A stretch of 64,000 bases of DNA from a virus. The stretch spans positions 1 through 64,000 of IMG/VR virus record IMGVR_UViG_3300043395_000420, one strand, 5' to 3'. The first letter of the stretch is position 1, and every line of letters begins with the position of its first letter. The notes beneath the pieces were generated by a model. The model saw only the letters and a program-made list of their open reading frames with translations. It was not told where the DNA came from and ran no database searches. Below are positions 47,001 to 55,660 of the stretch, one piece after another. Position numbers and translations under genes: made by a program.

Positions 47001-49826
47001 TGCCTGTTGCAACTGATCTTCGTCTATAATATCATTGTTAGATTCTGCTAATACTTTTATATAATCTTGGAAACTCTTATATGCCATTGCACGAGACTCT
47101 TCCACATTTCTTGTTTGTGGAGCACCCTCTTCATCTAATTCTTCATCAGTAAAAAGAGGTTCACCTACTAGTGCTACTTTTTCTTTGGCTAATGTTTTTT
47201 GTTTTCTCTTACCAGTCTTGCTATCTATAAACTCTAAGGTTACTTTACCATCTCGTACCCTTTTAACTTTACCTTTAACTCGTTTTCCACCCTTACCTTC
47301 AAATTCTACAGCAGCGCCTTTTACAAAGGTTTTTCTCTCCTGACGCATTCTTTGTTCTTCTTCAGGATTTAATGCTGCTTTCTTTGCAGCAACCATATCA
47401 CTGATATGTAAGAATAATCCGGAACTTAAATCTTTAAGAGTATCATATTGCTTTTGGAGATTTGCTGCCTTTTTTTGTTGAGTAGCATCTCCTTGACTAT
47501 ATATTTTAATTTCTGTATCTAGTCTCTTTAGTTCTTGTTGTATAAGATCTTCACTTACAAGAGATGTTAGTTTACCAGCTTCTATTTTACCTAATGGTTT
47601 TAATACATTTAATAAATCAGTTACTTTCTGAATACCGTCTACAGCTCTTTCAAAACTGTAATTATTATATATAGCATACTTTACGGCTTCTTCATGGGCT
47701 AACCAATCATAGAATTCTGTATTCTTATTATAAGTATTAGGTAGTCTTTCTTTGTAATAATCATACCTGTCTTTAATAGTTTCTGCTTTTTTAATTGCGG
47801 AATCTATCCTGCCACGAATATCTTTATTATAATTATTTTGAGTAGTATTAGTAGAATCATTATCACCGAATGCTTCTACTAATTCATCATCTGTCATATT
47901 CTGCATATCCTTCATCGCATCTATAAAGAAATCAACCTTGCCACTGCGTATTAAAGTATGTATATGATTAAACATTGAATCATCTAAAGTACCATTATAA
48001 TCTTTCTTATCTCCTCTTGCTTCAGCATCTGCAGCAATCTGTACTAGGTTATTTTGCAATGCCATATTTTGTGCCATAGCACTTGCATACTTTTCAGGAT
48101 TATTAGCAATATGGGTCATTGCTTTTTCTAGTTCTACTCTTGCTTTTTCTCTTGCATCATCTGCATCTTTTAGAGTAGTTTGACCTGTAAAGTAATCTGA
48201 AGTCTTTGCTAAAAACCTACTACCTTTTGTAAATATTACATTTTGAGCAGGTCCTAAAAAACCTCCCATAGCAAAACCAGAAAGGAATACCTCAAGACCC
48301 ATGTCATTTTTATCTAGTTCTTCAGAACCCATAGCTAGAGTATTGAGTATATCTGCCTCAATTACTCTACCGTTACCAAAATAACTATCTGTATATTGTT
48401 TAATTAATCCTGCAGATAATGATTCTTGATAAAGTTCTTGAGTACCTTCCATTAGGTTTGCGGATGTATATCTTAAAGCATTACCTGCAATTCTACTTGG
48501 AGTCATACCCTTACCTACTGCTTTCCAGTAAGCACCTTTATCTAAACCAAATACACCTTTAATATGCGTACCCCATTTTTGTTTATCTAAAACAGTCACA
48601 ACCTTTTGACCACCTTTTTTACTAATAGACTCCATAAAACCTAGAGCACTATCTTCCATAATATTTCTAAAAGGTTTAAATCCTTTTAAGGCTGTTTCTA
48701 ATACAATTTTATTTGATACATATATACCAGCAAGGTTTGCCATGAAAGTTTTACCGGCTGCTTCTGTTGCACTAGCAGAAATCTTATTTAACTCTTGAGT
48801 ATTAGGAACACGTTTATATAGTTCGTAATGTTTATCAATTAACTTATTAGTTACTTCATTTTGAACCATACCGGCTTCTAGTTTAGCTTCTGAACTAACC
48901 AGATTTATTGCACGTAAGTCTTTTATGAATGCACCTGCTGTACGTGTAGCCAGGGCAAGTTTAGATAAATCTTTATATCCTTCTAAACCTCTGTTTACAC
49001 CTCTATATAACGTAGTAAGATTTTCAGCAGGATTAATAAAGTTCATAGAAGCATTCCATAGTTTACGTGCTCCTGATATAGTTTCTCCTGCTTTTACAGA
49101 ATTATATAATCCTTTTGTTAAACGTGCTAAGTTTTTAGCACTTCTTATTGCTAAAAGTTCTGAGGCACCTCCGCCTGTAAGAGCTGTTGCAGCAAATAAA
49201 CCTAATTCTTCTAAACCGATCTCTCCTAATAAACCTACAGTATATGCAGAGTTTAAATAAAAGTTTGTAAATCCTGCGCCAAATCCTTTTTTAGAACTAG
49301 AACCAATAGCCATTGCTTTTTCCATCTCCCATGCAGATTCTCTATCTGCAGCAGCCGATGATAAAGATCCCCAGTTTTTAAATACACTGGTAAAACCTGT
49401 TCCTAATAATGTTGGATATTGTTTACTTGCTCTTACAAAGTCTTGTCCCCATGTAGAATTATTATTATAAATCTTTTCATTATCTCTAAAAGGACTGAAG
49501 CCTAACTTATTAAAGTTGCCATGTGAATAGTATCTATCAAAATTTAAACCTGTATGTGTTGCATCTATACTAACACCTTTTGCAGAATATAAAGGATCTT
49601 TCTTAGTATTAAGTAACGCATCATTAAGACGAGCATTAGTTGCTTTTAAAAGAGCGTCTGCTGATGAATAACTAGTTTTATTAAGAGGGCCTGTAGTAGG
49701 ATTACCTACATTCATTACACGGTTGTCTATTACAGCACCTGCCTTATTAGGTATATCTATACCTTTTGCTTTTAATACTTGCTGGTTAAAATTTTGTTCA
49801 GCAGCTTCATCTCTTAAAAAATCCAT
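44037..49826 (-). CDS. giant virion cargo/ejection protein (1929 aa)
   Basis: Gly/Ala-rich hydrophobic helices, EG.QE..Q motif, decayed zincin; first gene of the trio. Confidence 0.8.
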   Translation of the reverse strand: MDFLRDEAAEQNFNQQVLKAKGIDIPNKAGAVIDNRVMNVGNPTTGPLNKTSYSSADALLKATNARLNDALLNTKKDPLYSAKGVSIDATHTGLNFDRYYSHGNFNKLGFSPFRDNEKIYNNNSTWGQDFVRASKQYPTLLGTGFTSVFKNWGSLSSAAADRESAWEMEKAMAIGSSSKKGFGAGFTNFYLNSAYTVGLLGEIGLEELGLFAATALTGGGASELLAIRSAKNLARLTKGLYNSVKAGETISGARKLWNASMNFINPAENLTTLYRGVNRGLEGYKDLSKLALATRTAGAFIKDLRAINLVSSEAKLEAGMVQNEVTNKLIDKHYELYKRVPNTQELNKISASATEAAGKTFMANLAGIYVSNKIVLETALKGFKPFRNIMEDSALGFMESISKKGGQKVVTVLDKQKWGTHIKGVFGLDKGAYWKAVGKGMTPSRIAGNALRYTSANLMEGTQELYQESLSAGLIKQYTDSYFGNGRVIEADILNTLAMGSEELDKNDMGLEVFLSGFAMGGFLGPAQNVIFTKGSRFLAKTSDYFTGQTTLKDADDAREKARVELEKAMTHIANNPEKYASAMAQNMALQNNLVQIAADAEARGDKKDYNGTLDDSMFNHIHTLIRSGKVDFFIDAMKDMQNMTDDELVEAFGDNDSTNTTQNNYNKDIRGRIDSAIKKAETIKDRYDYYKERLPNTYNKNTEFYDWLAHEEAVKYAIYNNYSFERAVDGIQKVTDLLNVLKPLGKIEAGKLTSLVSEDLIQQELKRLDTEIKIYSQGDATQQKKAANLQKQYDTLKDLSSGLFLHISDMVAAKKAALNPEEEQRMRQERKTFVKGAAVEFEGKGGKRVKGKVKRVRDGKVTLEFIDSKTGKRKQKTLAKEKVALVGEPLFTDEELDEEGAPQTRNVEESRAMAYKSFQDYIKVLAESNNDIIDEDQLQQAFAAILDYYDLDSDARSAAEFVNRLIDPEYFATMSQRIKTAIEESQKIAKAKVKEMSEKFMEMHINNMFINELQNMNVFFDPKDVDALVDKNRIPDSFYDATTLKQILPNDERYQKIIELVDKLEQLTGKTATNKPITGANVPMGKFSPRRDTNDNRTIADLAKELGFDPKTGGEVELKKLLDFIINSSESSIVAKKLAQRLRPLVGDRKATIKLDHTNYNTYDPVNGLIIDPRYSTFEYQGGNVNFEYSLINGITTMMISESSTNAEFNTAINNLIAEFKNALDNGNLDNSLKSLGLEGAMMPVDSIESFVTEALTNPAFQQLLELVKTEKKTTTLWEDFVEAVRQVLRSILGVSNENTILDETIALASNKLEPSGVYFKETIAKTDQEITVNTPYNAMPTELKNQLRSAYNGEEDDFEEWVKTSSYSAKIISDYNASVASAAQPTPAAGTMTGPNPLTPKEKNTLRRLKYSPDDINAMTPEEARDIILTNRTKPDNVVIPPTGYRFVEQDENIDVTQYDVIDNYQGSGMKVTNAPKLVPVTTPAFEITITNGEVTANWKGNGPSMSRSIVFKVEEGKIVSAEEVNQQGTLTPVVTPIKNAETVFTALLNSNEWNFTEEEQAPVQTSIPDVNPDSKVLDMFKGSIVYVSSGMDTQTAFDTDAAIISGDDFIVEAFKNSGIELFQDVTKENMYQKVKEFFDSLANDPAGNAQRDAIQSAYGAALDAMRREANKGYTVVTSSQNYLSPLYIGKIDLVIVPKDTSVYFRTESDPDIVQNRRSYELLARKDKKYATVDTDNVLDVLEGNVSPQGTTLNLTSKPLLEQIDSLDSMTAVKDMMYELSLFTDDDYNFIGVSRLEAEKKLQEKLEQVSSTPNFVDVKKGHILVTNTGELLYVTGMYKSKLYYKKIGMKGTGAPMTKNVFDKTIIGVYSQTGDLAMPGAVSDPEAQKQAAENISASIAELTEETKNQIEKEVNGDKNSAKNNINIC

Positions 49827-49828
49827 AG

Positions 49829-52800
49829 TTATTTTTTTCTTCTAGCATTAACTTGTTGGTCATCGTACTGCGCAAGCATTAAAATATTTTGATCTAAGGC
49901 ACTACGTAGTGTAGATAAATCTCCACCGGGTCCTAACTGAGGATATAATTCTGAACCATAATATCCTCCAGGATTAGCTAAAACATATTCACCGTCTTTA
50001 TATACTTTTGTATTATCGTATAAAACTCTATTCCCATTGATATCTTGTTTAATTTCATAATAACCAAACCTACTATTAGGGTTACCGATCATAATAGATC
50101 CTGTTAAATTAAGAGCAGCCTCATCTGTTGTAAGTTTAAACTGATTAAACATCTGTGAATTAGCAGCACTCTTATCAAATATCATAGTAACTGCTCCTGT
50201 TGGATTAGGATTCTCATCTGCGGATCCAAGTAAATCATCCCATGCCGTTTTATTTTTTTTGCCAGAATTAGCATTCAAATAACCTGTATTAGGTATAAAA
50301 GTTATAGCAACTTTGTTTCCATCATTTGCTGCAATATTAAAGGCCTGCATTTTAAATGCTGCTCTATCTGCTTTACCTTTAGAATCTTTTTTACTAGAGT
50401 TCATAAATGCATCAACCAACTGAGCCATTGCCTGTTTTGCAGCAAATTGACTTTCCTCAGATATGTCTTCAAGATTTTCTTTCATAATATCTGCACCTGA
50501 TCCTGGTACGAATATAGCATTCATATCATATGGATATTCTAATGCACGCATCACATCTGTCTGTATAGCATTAATTGCTAGTAGGTTTTCATTACTTGAT
50601 GCTCCTAACATAGGATCAACATTATAACTCATACCTGTAGAAGTTTGTCCTGATGTACCTCCCATAGGATTAACATCAGTTCTAAGATATTTATTATATC
50701 TACCATCTTTGTTTGCCTTCCATAATGTTTCGGTCAAATTTTCATATACTTCCTCAGCATCACTCTTCATAACATCCATTCTAAATTTACTTACATCATA
50801 TGGTCCTATACGTCCTACTTTTTGAGTAGGGTATGTTTGTAGATCATTCATGTATGCTTCTTGATACCTTTTTACAAACTCTTCTTTAGTAACTTGCCAA
50901 CCGTTATCAGGATTAATAAGTAAACCAAATCTCCAGTCATCTGCTTTTAGGTTATCTACAATATAATTAAGATTATATTTACGTGCTTCATTGTATTGAT
51001 TTTCAATCTTTTGGCCTTGTTCATATGATGTTATAAGTCTATCATATGCTGTACCCATTTCACTTGCAGCAGAGTAGTATAAATCATTAAAGTCCTTAGA
51101 GTTTCTAAATGCCTTAATTCTTTCCATAGTTGATTTATAGTTGGAAGGATCATTAAAGTCATTTCTTTTATCTTGATTAGGATTAAATACATAATTGCCA
51201 TTAGCATCTTTTGTTACATATCCTCCTTTTATAGTTACTGTTTTGTATGGATTTTCATCACCTACTGCCCAATCATATACTGCTTCAGGACCTGCTTGTA
51301 GCCAGTCCCATGCTCTTCTTCCAAAAGAACCTAGTTTATTTCTTGAATAGTCAAATGCTCCTGCTCCGGGTGATATACCTTGAACATAATTTTCAAAACT
51401 ATTGCCAAACTCTGCCTTTGCATTAGCATCTAGTTCATCCCAGTCTTGTCTTAAATTTTCTTCATAGTTACCTATTTGTTCTTGTTTAAATTCTCCAACA
51501 CCAAATAACTCTTCTATTTTTTTAGCAGCATACTGTTTTTGAGCAGCATTTCCATTTTGATGTAAATGATTTAAACTTTCAAAAATAGACTGAAAAGTAG
51601 CAGTTGATACTTCTCCTATACCTTGTTGAATTTGACTAATCTTTTCTTGTAATATTTCATCAGCCATTTTATTAGGATCTGTATTACCTTTACCATCTGG
51701 TATAGGTCTACCATTACCATTAGAACCCATTAGTTCCCTCATCATCTTTTCTTCATCTGCGTTCCTTTTTCTGGTAAGTTTATCTTCATAATCCATTTCT
51801 GCTATACGCAGTCTATGATTATAGTCGGCCATTGCATAGGGGTCTGCTTCAGTTTTAACCTTTTTAGTACCCATTGCATAATCTCTAGCAGCCTTACCAA
51901 TAGTTTCTGCATTATATAATTCTGATTTTAAATAATCAGCACGTCTACGTAATACATCTAAACTAACTCCTTCATTTACAGAAGGATCTGTCATTCCGGT
52001 TACATTATCAGCATCTGTTTTAGCCTGCTCAATAACTTTTTTCTGTTCATCTAATCCAAATAGTTGTTCCATGATATCACCATCTGTATCAGGATCAACA
52101 CCATATGTAGCAGCATTAGACTTTTTGATAGTCTTTTTGTCTTCTACATCTTTTAAATCTTGAGTAAGACTTTGCTGTAATGATTTATTATATTCATCTG
52201 CTGCTGTAAATACAGAGTTAATGTATTCTCTTTCAGCAGCCTCTTCTCCTACTTCAGCAGCTTTACTTGCTACATAACTTTTTCTATCTACATAAGACTG
52301 GGTATCATACATCCTTCTAATTTGAGGATCTTTACCAATTGTCATACTAAGATATGATTCTAAAGTAGGTATTAATTGCTCACCATTTGTGGTTATCATT
52401 TTATATCTACCATCTTTAGTAAGACTTGGATACTCCATATTAAACATATCTTTATATTTATATATGGTGTCCATTGCCGTTTTATACGCATTGGTATATG
52501 GTACGTATTCTGGATTCTGTATATTGAAGATATCATCTTTGGATGCCTTCATAAAATCCTGCTCTAAGTAACTTAATGCAGAATCCCCTACATCCCACCA
52601 TCTTCCACCGCATTCTTTTTCATCCATGCAGTTTTTAAAATAGTTACTTCTTCCCCTCTGAACATCCATTGCTCTACTAAATACTATGTCTCTTTGTAGA
52701 TACTTATCATCTAAAAGGGGTTGAAATACCTGTAAAGCATTATTTACATTCTCTATTTTAGATAGATCCATACCAGAGTACTTCTCTATATCATTTTGAA

Positions 52801-53011
52801 TTCTGGTAAAGTAATCATCTCGAGCATCTGTAGTATCTTGTCTGGTAAGTCTTGAATTAAGAAGACTGCCATACAAACTACTTATCTTATTATATCCTGC
52901 CTGATACTGTGCTTGTTTTGCTTCAAGTAGATTTTGGTAAAAATTAAAATCCGGCTGAAACGGTTGTATCTGCGGAATGTAGTCTGTTGAACCTTGTAGA
53001 TATGTTGCCAT
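49829..53011 (-). CDS. virion cargo protein (1060 aa)
   Basis: MATY.QG..DYIP..QP..PD N-terminus, helical/coiled-coil; position typical of crAss-like cargo genes. Confidence 0.7.
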   Translation of the reverse strand: MATYLQGSTDYIPQIQPFQPDFNFYQNLLEAKQAQYQAGYNKISSLYGSLLNSRLTRQDTTDARDDYFTRIQNDIEKYSGMDLSKIENVNNALQVFQPLLDDKYLQRDIVFSRAMDVQRGRSNYFKNCMDEKECGGRWWDVGDSALSYLEQDFMKASKDDIFNIQNPEYVPYTNAYKTAMDTIYKYKDMFNMEYPSLTKDGRYKMITTNGEQLIPTLESYLSMTIGKDPQIRRMYDTQSYVDRKSYVASKAAEVGEEAAEREYINSVFTAADEYNKSLQQSLTQDLKDVEDKKTIKKSNAATYGVDPDTDGDIMEQLFGLDEQKKVIEQAKTDADNVTGMTDPSVNEGVSLDVLRRRADYLKSELYNAETIGKAARDYAMGTKKVKTEADPYAMADYNHRLRIAEMDYEDKLTRKRNADEEKMMRELMGSNGNGRPIPDGKGNTDPNKMADEILQEKISQIQQGIGEVSTATFQSIFESLNHLHQNGNAAQKQYAAKKIEELFGVGEFKQEQIGNYEENLRQDWDELDANAKAEFGNSFENYVQGISPGAGAFDYSRNKLGSFGRRAWDWLQAGPEAVYDWAVGDENPYKTVTIKGGYVTKDANGNYVFNPNQDKRNDFNDPSNYKSTMERIKAFRNSKDFNDLYYSAASEMGTAYDRLITSYEQGQKIENQYNEARKYNLNYIVDNLKADDWRFGLLINPDNGWQVTKEEFVKRYQEAYMNDLQTYPTQKVGRIGPYDVSKFRMDVMKSDAEEVYENLTETLWKANKDGRYNKYLRTDVNPMGGTSGQTSTGMSYNVDPMLGASSNENLLAINAIQTDVMRALEYPYDMNAIFVPGSGADIMKENLEDISEESQFAAKQAMAQLVDAFMNSSKKDSKGKADRAAFKMQAFNIAANDGNKVAITFIPNTGYLNANSGKKNKTAWDDLLGSADENPNPTGAVTMIFDKSAANSQMFNQFKLTTDEAALNLTGSIMIGNPNSRFGYYEIKQDINGNRVLYDNTKVYKDGEYVLANPGGYYGSELYPQLGPGGDLSTLRSALDQNILMLAQYDDQQVNARRKK

Positions 53012-53021
53012 AGTTTATATT

Positions 53022-53075
53022 GTAAAGATACGAATAAACTTTATAAGTTTTAATAAAAGTTTTAAAGTTTAAAGT
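53022..53075 (-). promoter_or_regulatory. candidate promoter with AAACTT/AAGTTT operator-like array
   Basis: CGTATCTTTAC box preceded by palindrome AAACTT-tat-AAGTTT and two more AAGTTT copies. Confidence 0.4.
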
Positions 53076-53079
53076 ACTG

Positions 53080-55659
53080 TTAGTCTTGTTCTTCTTCTAA
53101 GTTTGGATATGATGTTAATGCTGGATTTCCATATATACCTCTTTGCATATTATACCAATCAGAATCATTACTAGATTTTGCACTACGTGATGATGTTCTC
53201 TTATTATAACCCGCCATCTCTTTTGCAATATCTGCTATTTCTTCAGAACTTAATTCTCCTAGTCTTTCATCTTCTCTTAGTCTAGCATAAATGTCTGCAA
53301 AACTATTTGCAACACCTGGCTCCATAGGAGTAGGTTTGTAATAGTATAATGCTCCTGCTGCTGCCGGTGATATTTGATAATTAGGATATAGCATATTAAG
53401 ATTATATGCCTGTGCCTCATTAGTTTTAGCCTGCACAAGATTATTTACAAATTCATTAGCTGCGGCACGTGTTGAGTTATCATAGTTTTGATTAACTGCT
53501 GTAAGTTCATCATAATATGTTTTAGCAAGTTGTACATTAGCAAGTCTTTCTTGATTTTCTACTGCTGCTTTTTGTTGTGCATAATTATTATATATACCAA
53601 TGTTGGCATTATGAACTTGTCCAATAACATTAGCAGCATTTTCAAACATATTACCAGACATACCGGTCATTTTACCGGGTATCTGTTGTGGAGAACTTGC
53701 TGCCAACGCATCTTTCATAATAGCAAGTTGTTCATTTCCAGCAGCAATCTGTCTTTCTGGAGTAAGATATGCTACCTCGGGAGACATTAAATCTACACTA
53801 AATTTATTAGGCATAAACTTTTGTAGACTTGCTAAGTTTCCTAATGCTTGAGCCATCTTTAACTGATCCTGTAAAAACATTTCAGGAGGTGTATAAGATG
53901 GAACTTCTTGATCTTCTACAGGTTCGTATTCATAATCATACTCATCATATGCATTTTCTTCTAATGTAGGATCTCCTTTAATACCTGCTAATTGTCCAGA
54001 TGTTGTATTAGTATAAACAGCATCTACGGGAGATATATAAGGATTTTTGCCACCTTCATCTCCTTTACCTCTTTGAGCTTTCTTAAAATCAGGTAGAATA
54101 TCGGTATCTGCGATATTTTCAAATGCCCAGTATGCGGCTTGTTGTGCAGCAGCATTTGTTGCATTAGGCATTTCTATACCTACATTCTTAGCATATTCAT
54201 TTAGTGTTTTATTACTTACACCATATAACTTTTTAGTTAAATCATTGTCAGGACTATTAGGTGCTTTAGAAACATCATAACCATGTGCTACAAATGCAAG
54301 ATTTCTTTTTTGCATTTCTAAGAACTGGTCTCTTACTTCTTCCGGACTTAGTTTTTTAAGATCTTCTATTTCAACACCTCTTTGCGTTAAACTCTGTTCT
54401 CTATATGCTTTTTTATCATCAAATACTTTTGAATACTCATTATATAAAGCATCCATTACAGCAGGATCTTGAAGACGTTGCTTTAAATATTCATACCTAT
54501 TAGCAATATCTTTTTTACCCTTAAATGTTTTATCAAGATCATCCCCTGTATATTCCGGAAACTGAAATGCTTTACTTACAACTTTTTTATAATTACCGTC
54601 TTTGTCTAAAATAAAGACTTTACTTTTATCAGATGCTGCATTATATTTTTCTCTTTTAGCTTTTTGGTATGCTGCTTCTGTATCATAATCAGCTCTTCTA
54701 ATAATAATAGCATCTTTTGGAATAGGTCTTTTTACTTTTTTCTTTTTTCTTGTTCCTCCACCCGATGCATATTCTACTAAACCACCGTTTTTAAACTCAT
54801 CAGGCATGATACCTTCAGGTGCCGGATTACCATTTCCATCATAGAATACGGGTCCTCCTTCTTCCATATAAAGATACACTCCTTGTGTAGGATCGAATTC
54901 ATTATTCTTTTTACGGATACCTTGAATAAAATTATTAAGACGTGCTGTACGTCCTCCATATTTCATAGGTGCTTCATCAAGTTCTTCTTCATACATTTCA
55001 GGAGACTCTTCCATTTCTTCTTGAGGAAGTTGTCCTTGATTATTCATTCCAGGAACTGGAGGTAGTACATCTTCTGGACGTACTCCAATACTCATTAAAT
55101 ATGGAGTTGCTATTACAGGAATACCTCCAGGGTATCCTTTCATAGATTCTTGAATTAAGGCTAACTTTCCTAGTTTAAGATTAAACTGCTTAATCATATT
55201 TTCAGCAGTAAGTTTTGCTAATTTATCTTCAGTAGGATCCGCAAGTATTTGTCTATATTTATTAATGTTATAGTTCTTAGCAATCTCTGCTGGAGTATAA
55301 CCTTTCTTTTTTATAGGCATACTAAACTCTTTCTGTATATCAGGATCTTTAATACGCATACTTGCTGTATCACTAAATATAAAAGAGTCCGGTGGTACGG
55401 ATAAAGGCACACCTCCCTCATAGTGACGTTTACCGTTTATTTTATAATGAGCTGGTAAGTCATCAACATTAGGAACATATACTGTCTCTCCTCCCTCTGC
55501 TTCTATATTTGCTTCGTCTCTTGGTACTCCGGATAAACTGCTTCTAAGACTTATAGGTTTCTCTGAACTATTATTTTGAATATAGGTAGGTGCCATTTGT
55601 GTAAATGGAAATCCTCCTTTTTTCATATTAGGTAATGAAGTTATTTTAACTTTTTTCAT
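53080..55659 (-). CDS. virion structural/cargo protein (859 aa) with multiple xxGG motifs
   Basis: NIEAEGGE..G.RH..GGV..IFSD N-domain typical of crAss-like structural proteins. Confidence 0.75.
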   Translation of the reverse strand: MKKVKITSLPNMKKGGFPFTQMAPTYIQNNSSEKPISLRSSLSGVPRDEANIEAEGGETVYVPNVDDLPAHYKINGKRHYEGGVPLSVPPDSFIFSDTASMRIKDPDIQKEFSMPIKKKGYTPAEIAKNYNINKYRQILADPTEDKLAKLTAENMIKQFNLKLGKLALIQESMKGYPGGIPVIATPYLMSIGVRPEDVLPPVPGMNNQGQLPQEEMEESPEMYEEELDEAPMKYGGRTARLNNFIQGIRKKNNEFDPTQGVYLYMEEGGPVFYDGNGNPAPEGIMPDEFKNGGLVEYASGGGTRKKKKVKRPIPKDAIIIRRADYDTEAAYQKAKREKYNAASDKSKVFILDKDGNYKKVVSKAFQFPEYTGDDLDKTFKGKKDIANRYEYLKQRLQDPAVMDALYNEYSKVFDDKKAYREQSLTQRGVEIEDLKKLSPEEVRDQFLEMQKRNLAFVAHGYDVSKAPNSPDNDLTKKLYGVSNKTLNEYAKNVGIEMPNATNAAAQQAAYWAFENIADTDILPDFKKAQRGKGDEGGKNPYISPVDAVYTNTTSGQLAGIKGDPTLEENAYDEYDYEYEPVEDQEVPSYTPPEMFLQDQLKMAQALGNLASLQKFMPNKFSVDLMSPEVAYLTPERQIAAGNEQLAIMKDALAASSPQQIPGKMTGMSGNMFENAANVIGQVHNANIGIYNNYAQQKAAVENQERLANVQLAKTYYDELTAVNQNYDNSTRAAANEFVNNLVQAKTNEAQAYNLNMLYPNYQISPAAAGALYYYKPTPMEPGVANSFADIYARLREDERLGELSSEEIADIAKEMAGYNKRTSSRSAKSSNDSDWYNMQRGIYGNPALTSYPNLEEEQD

Positions 55660-55660
55660 A

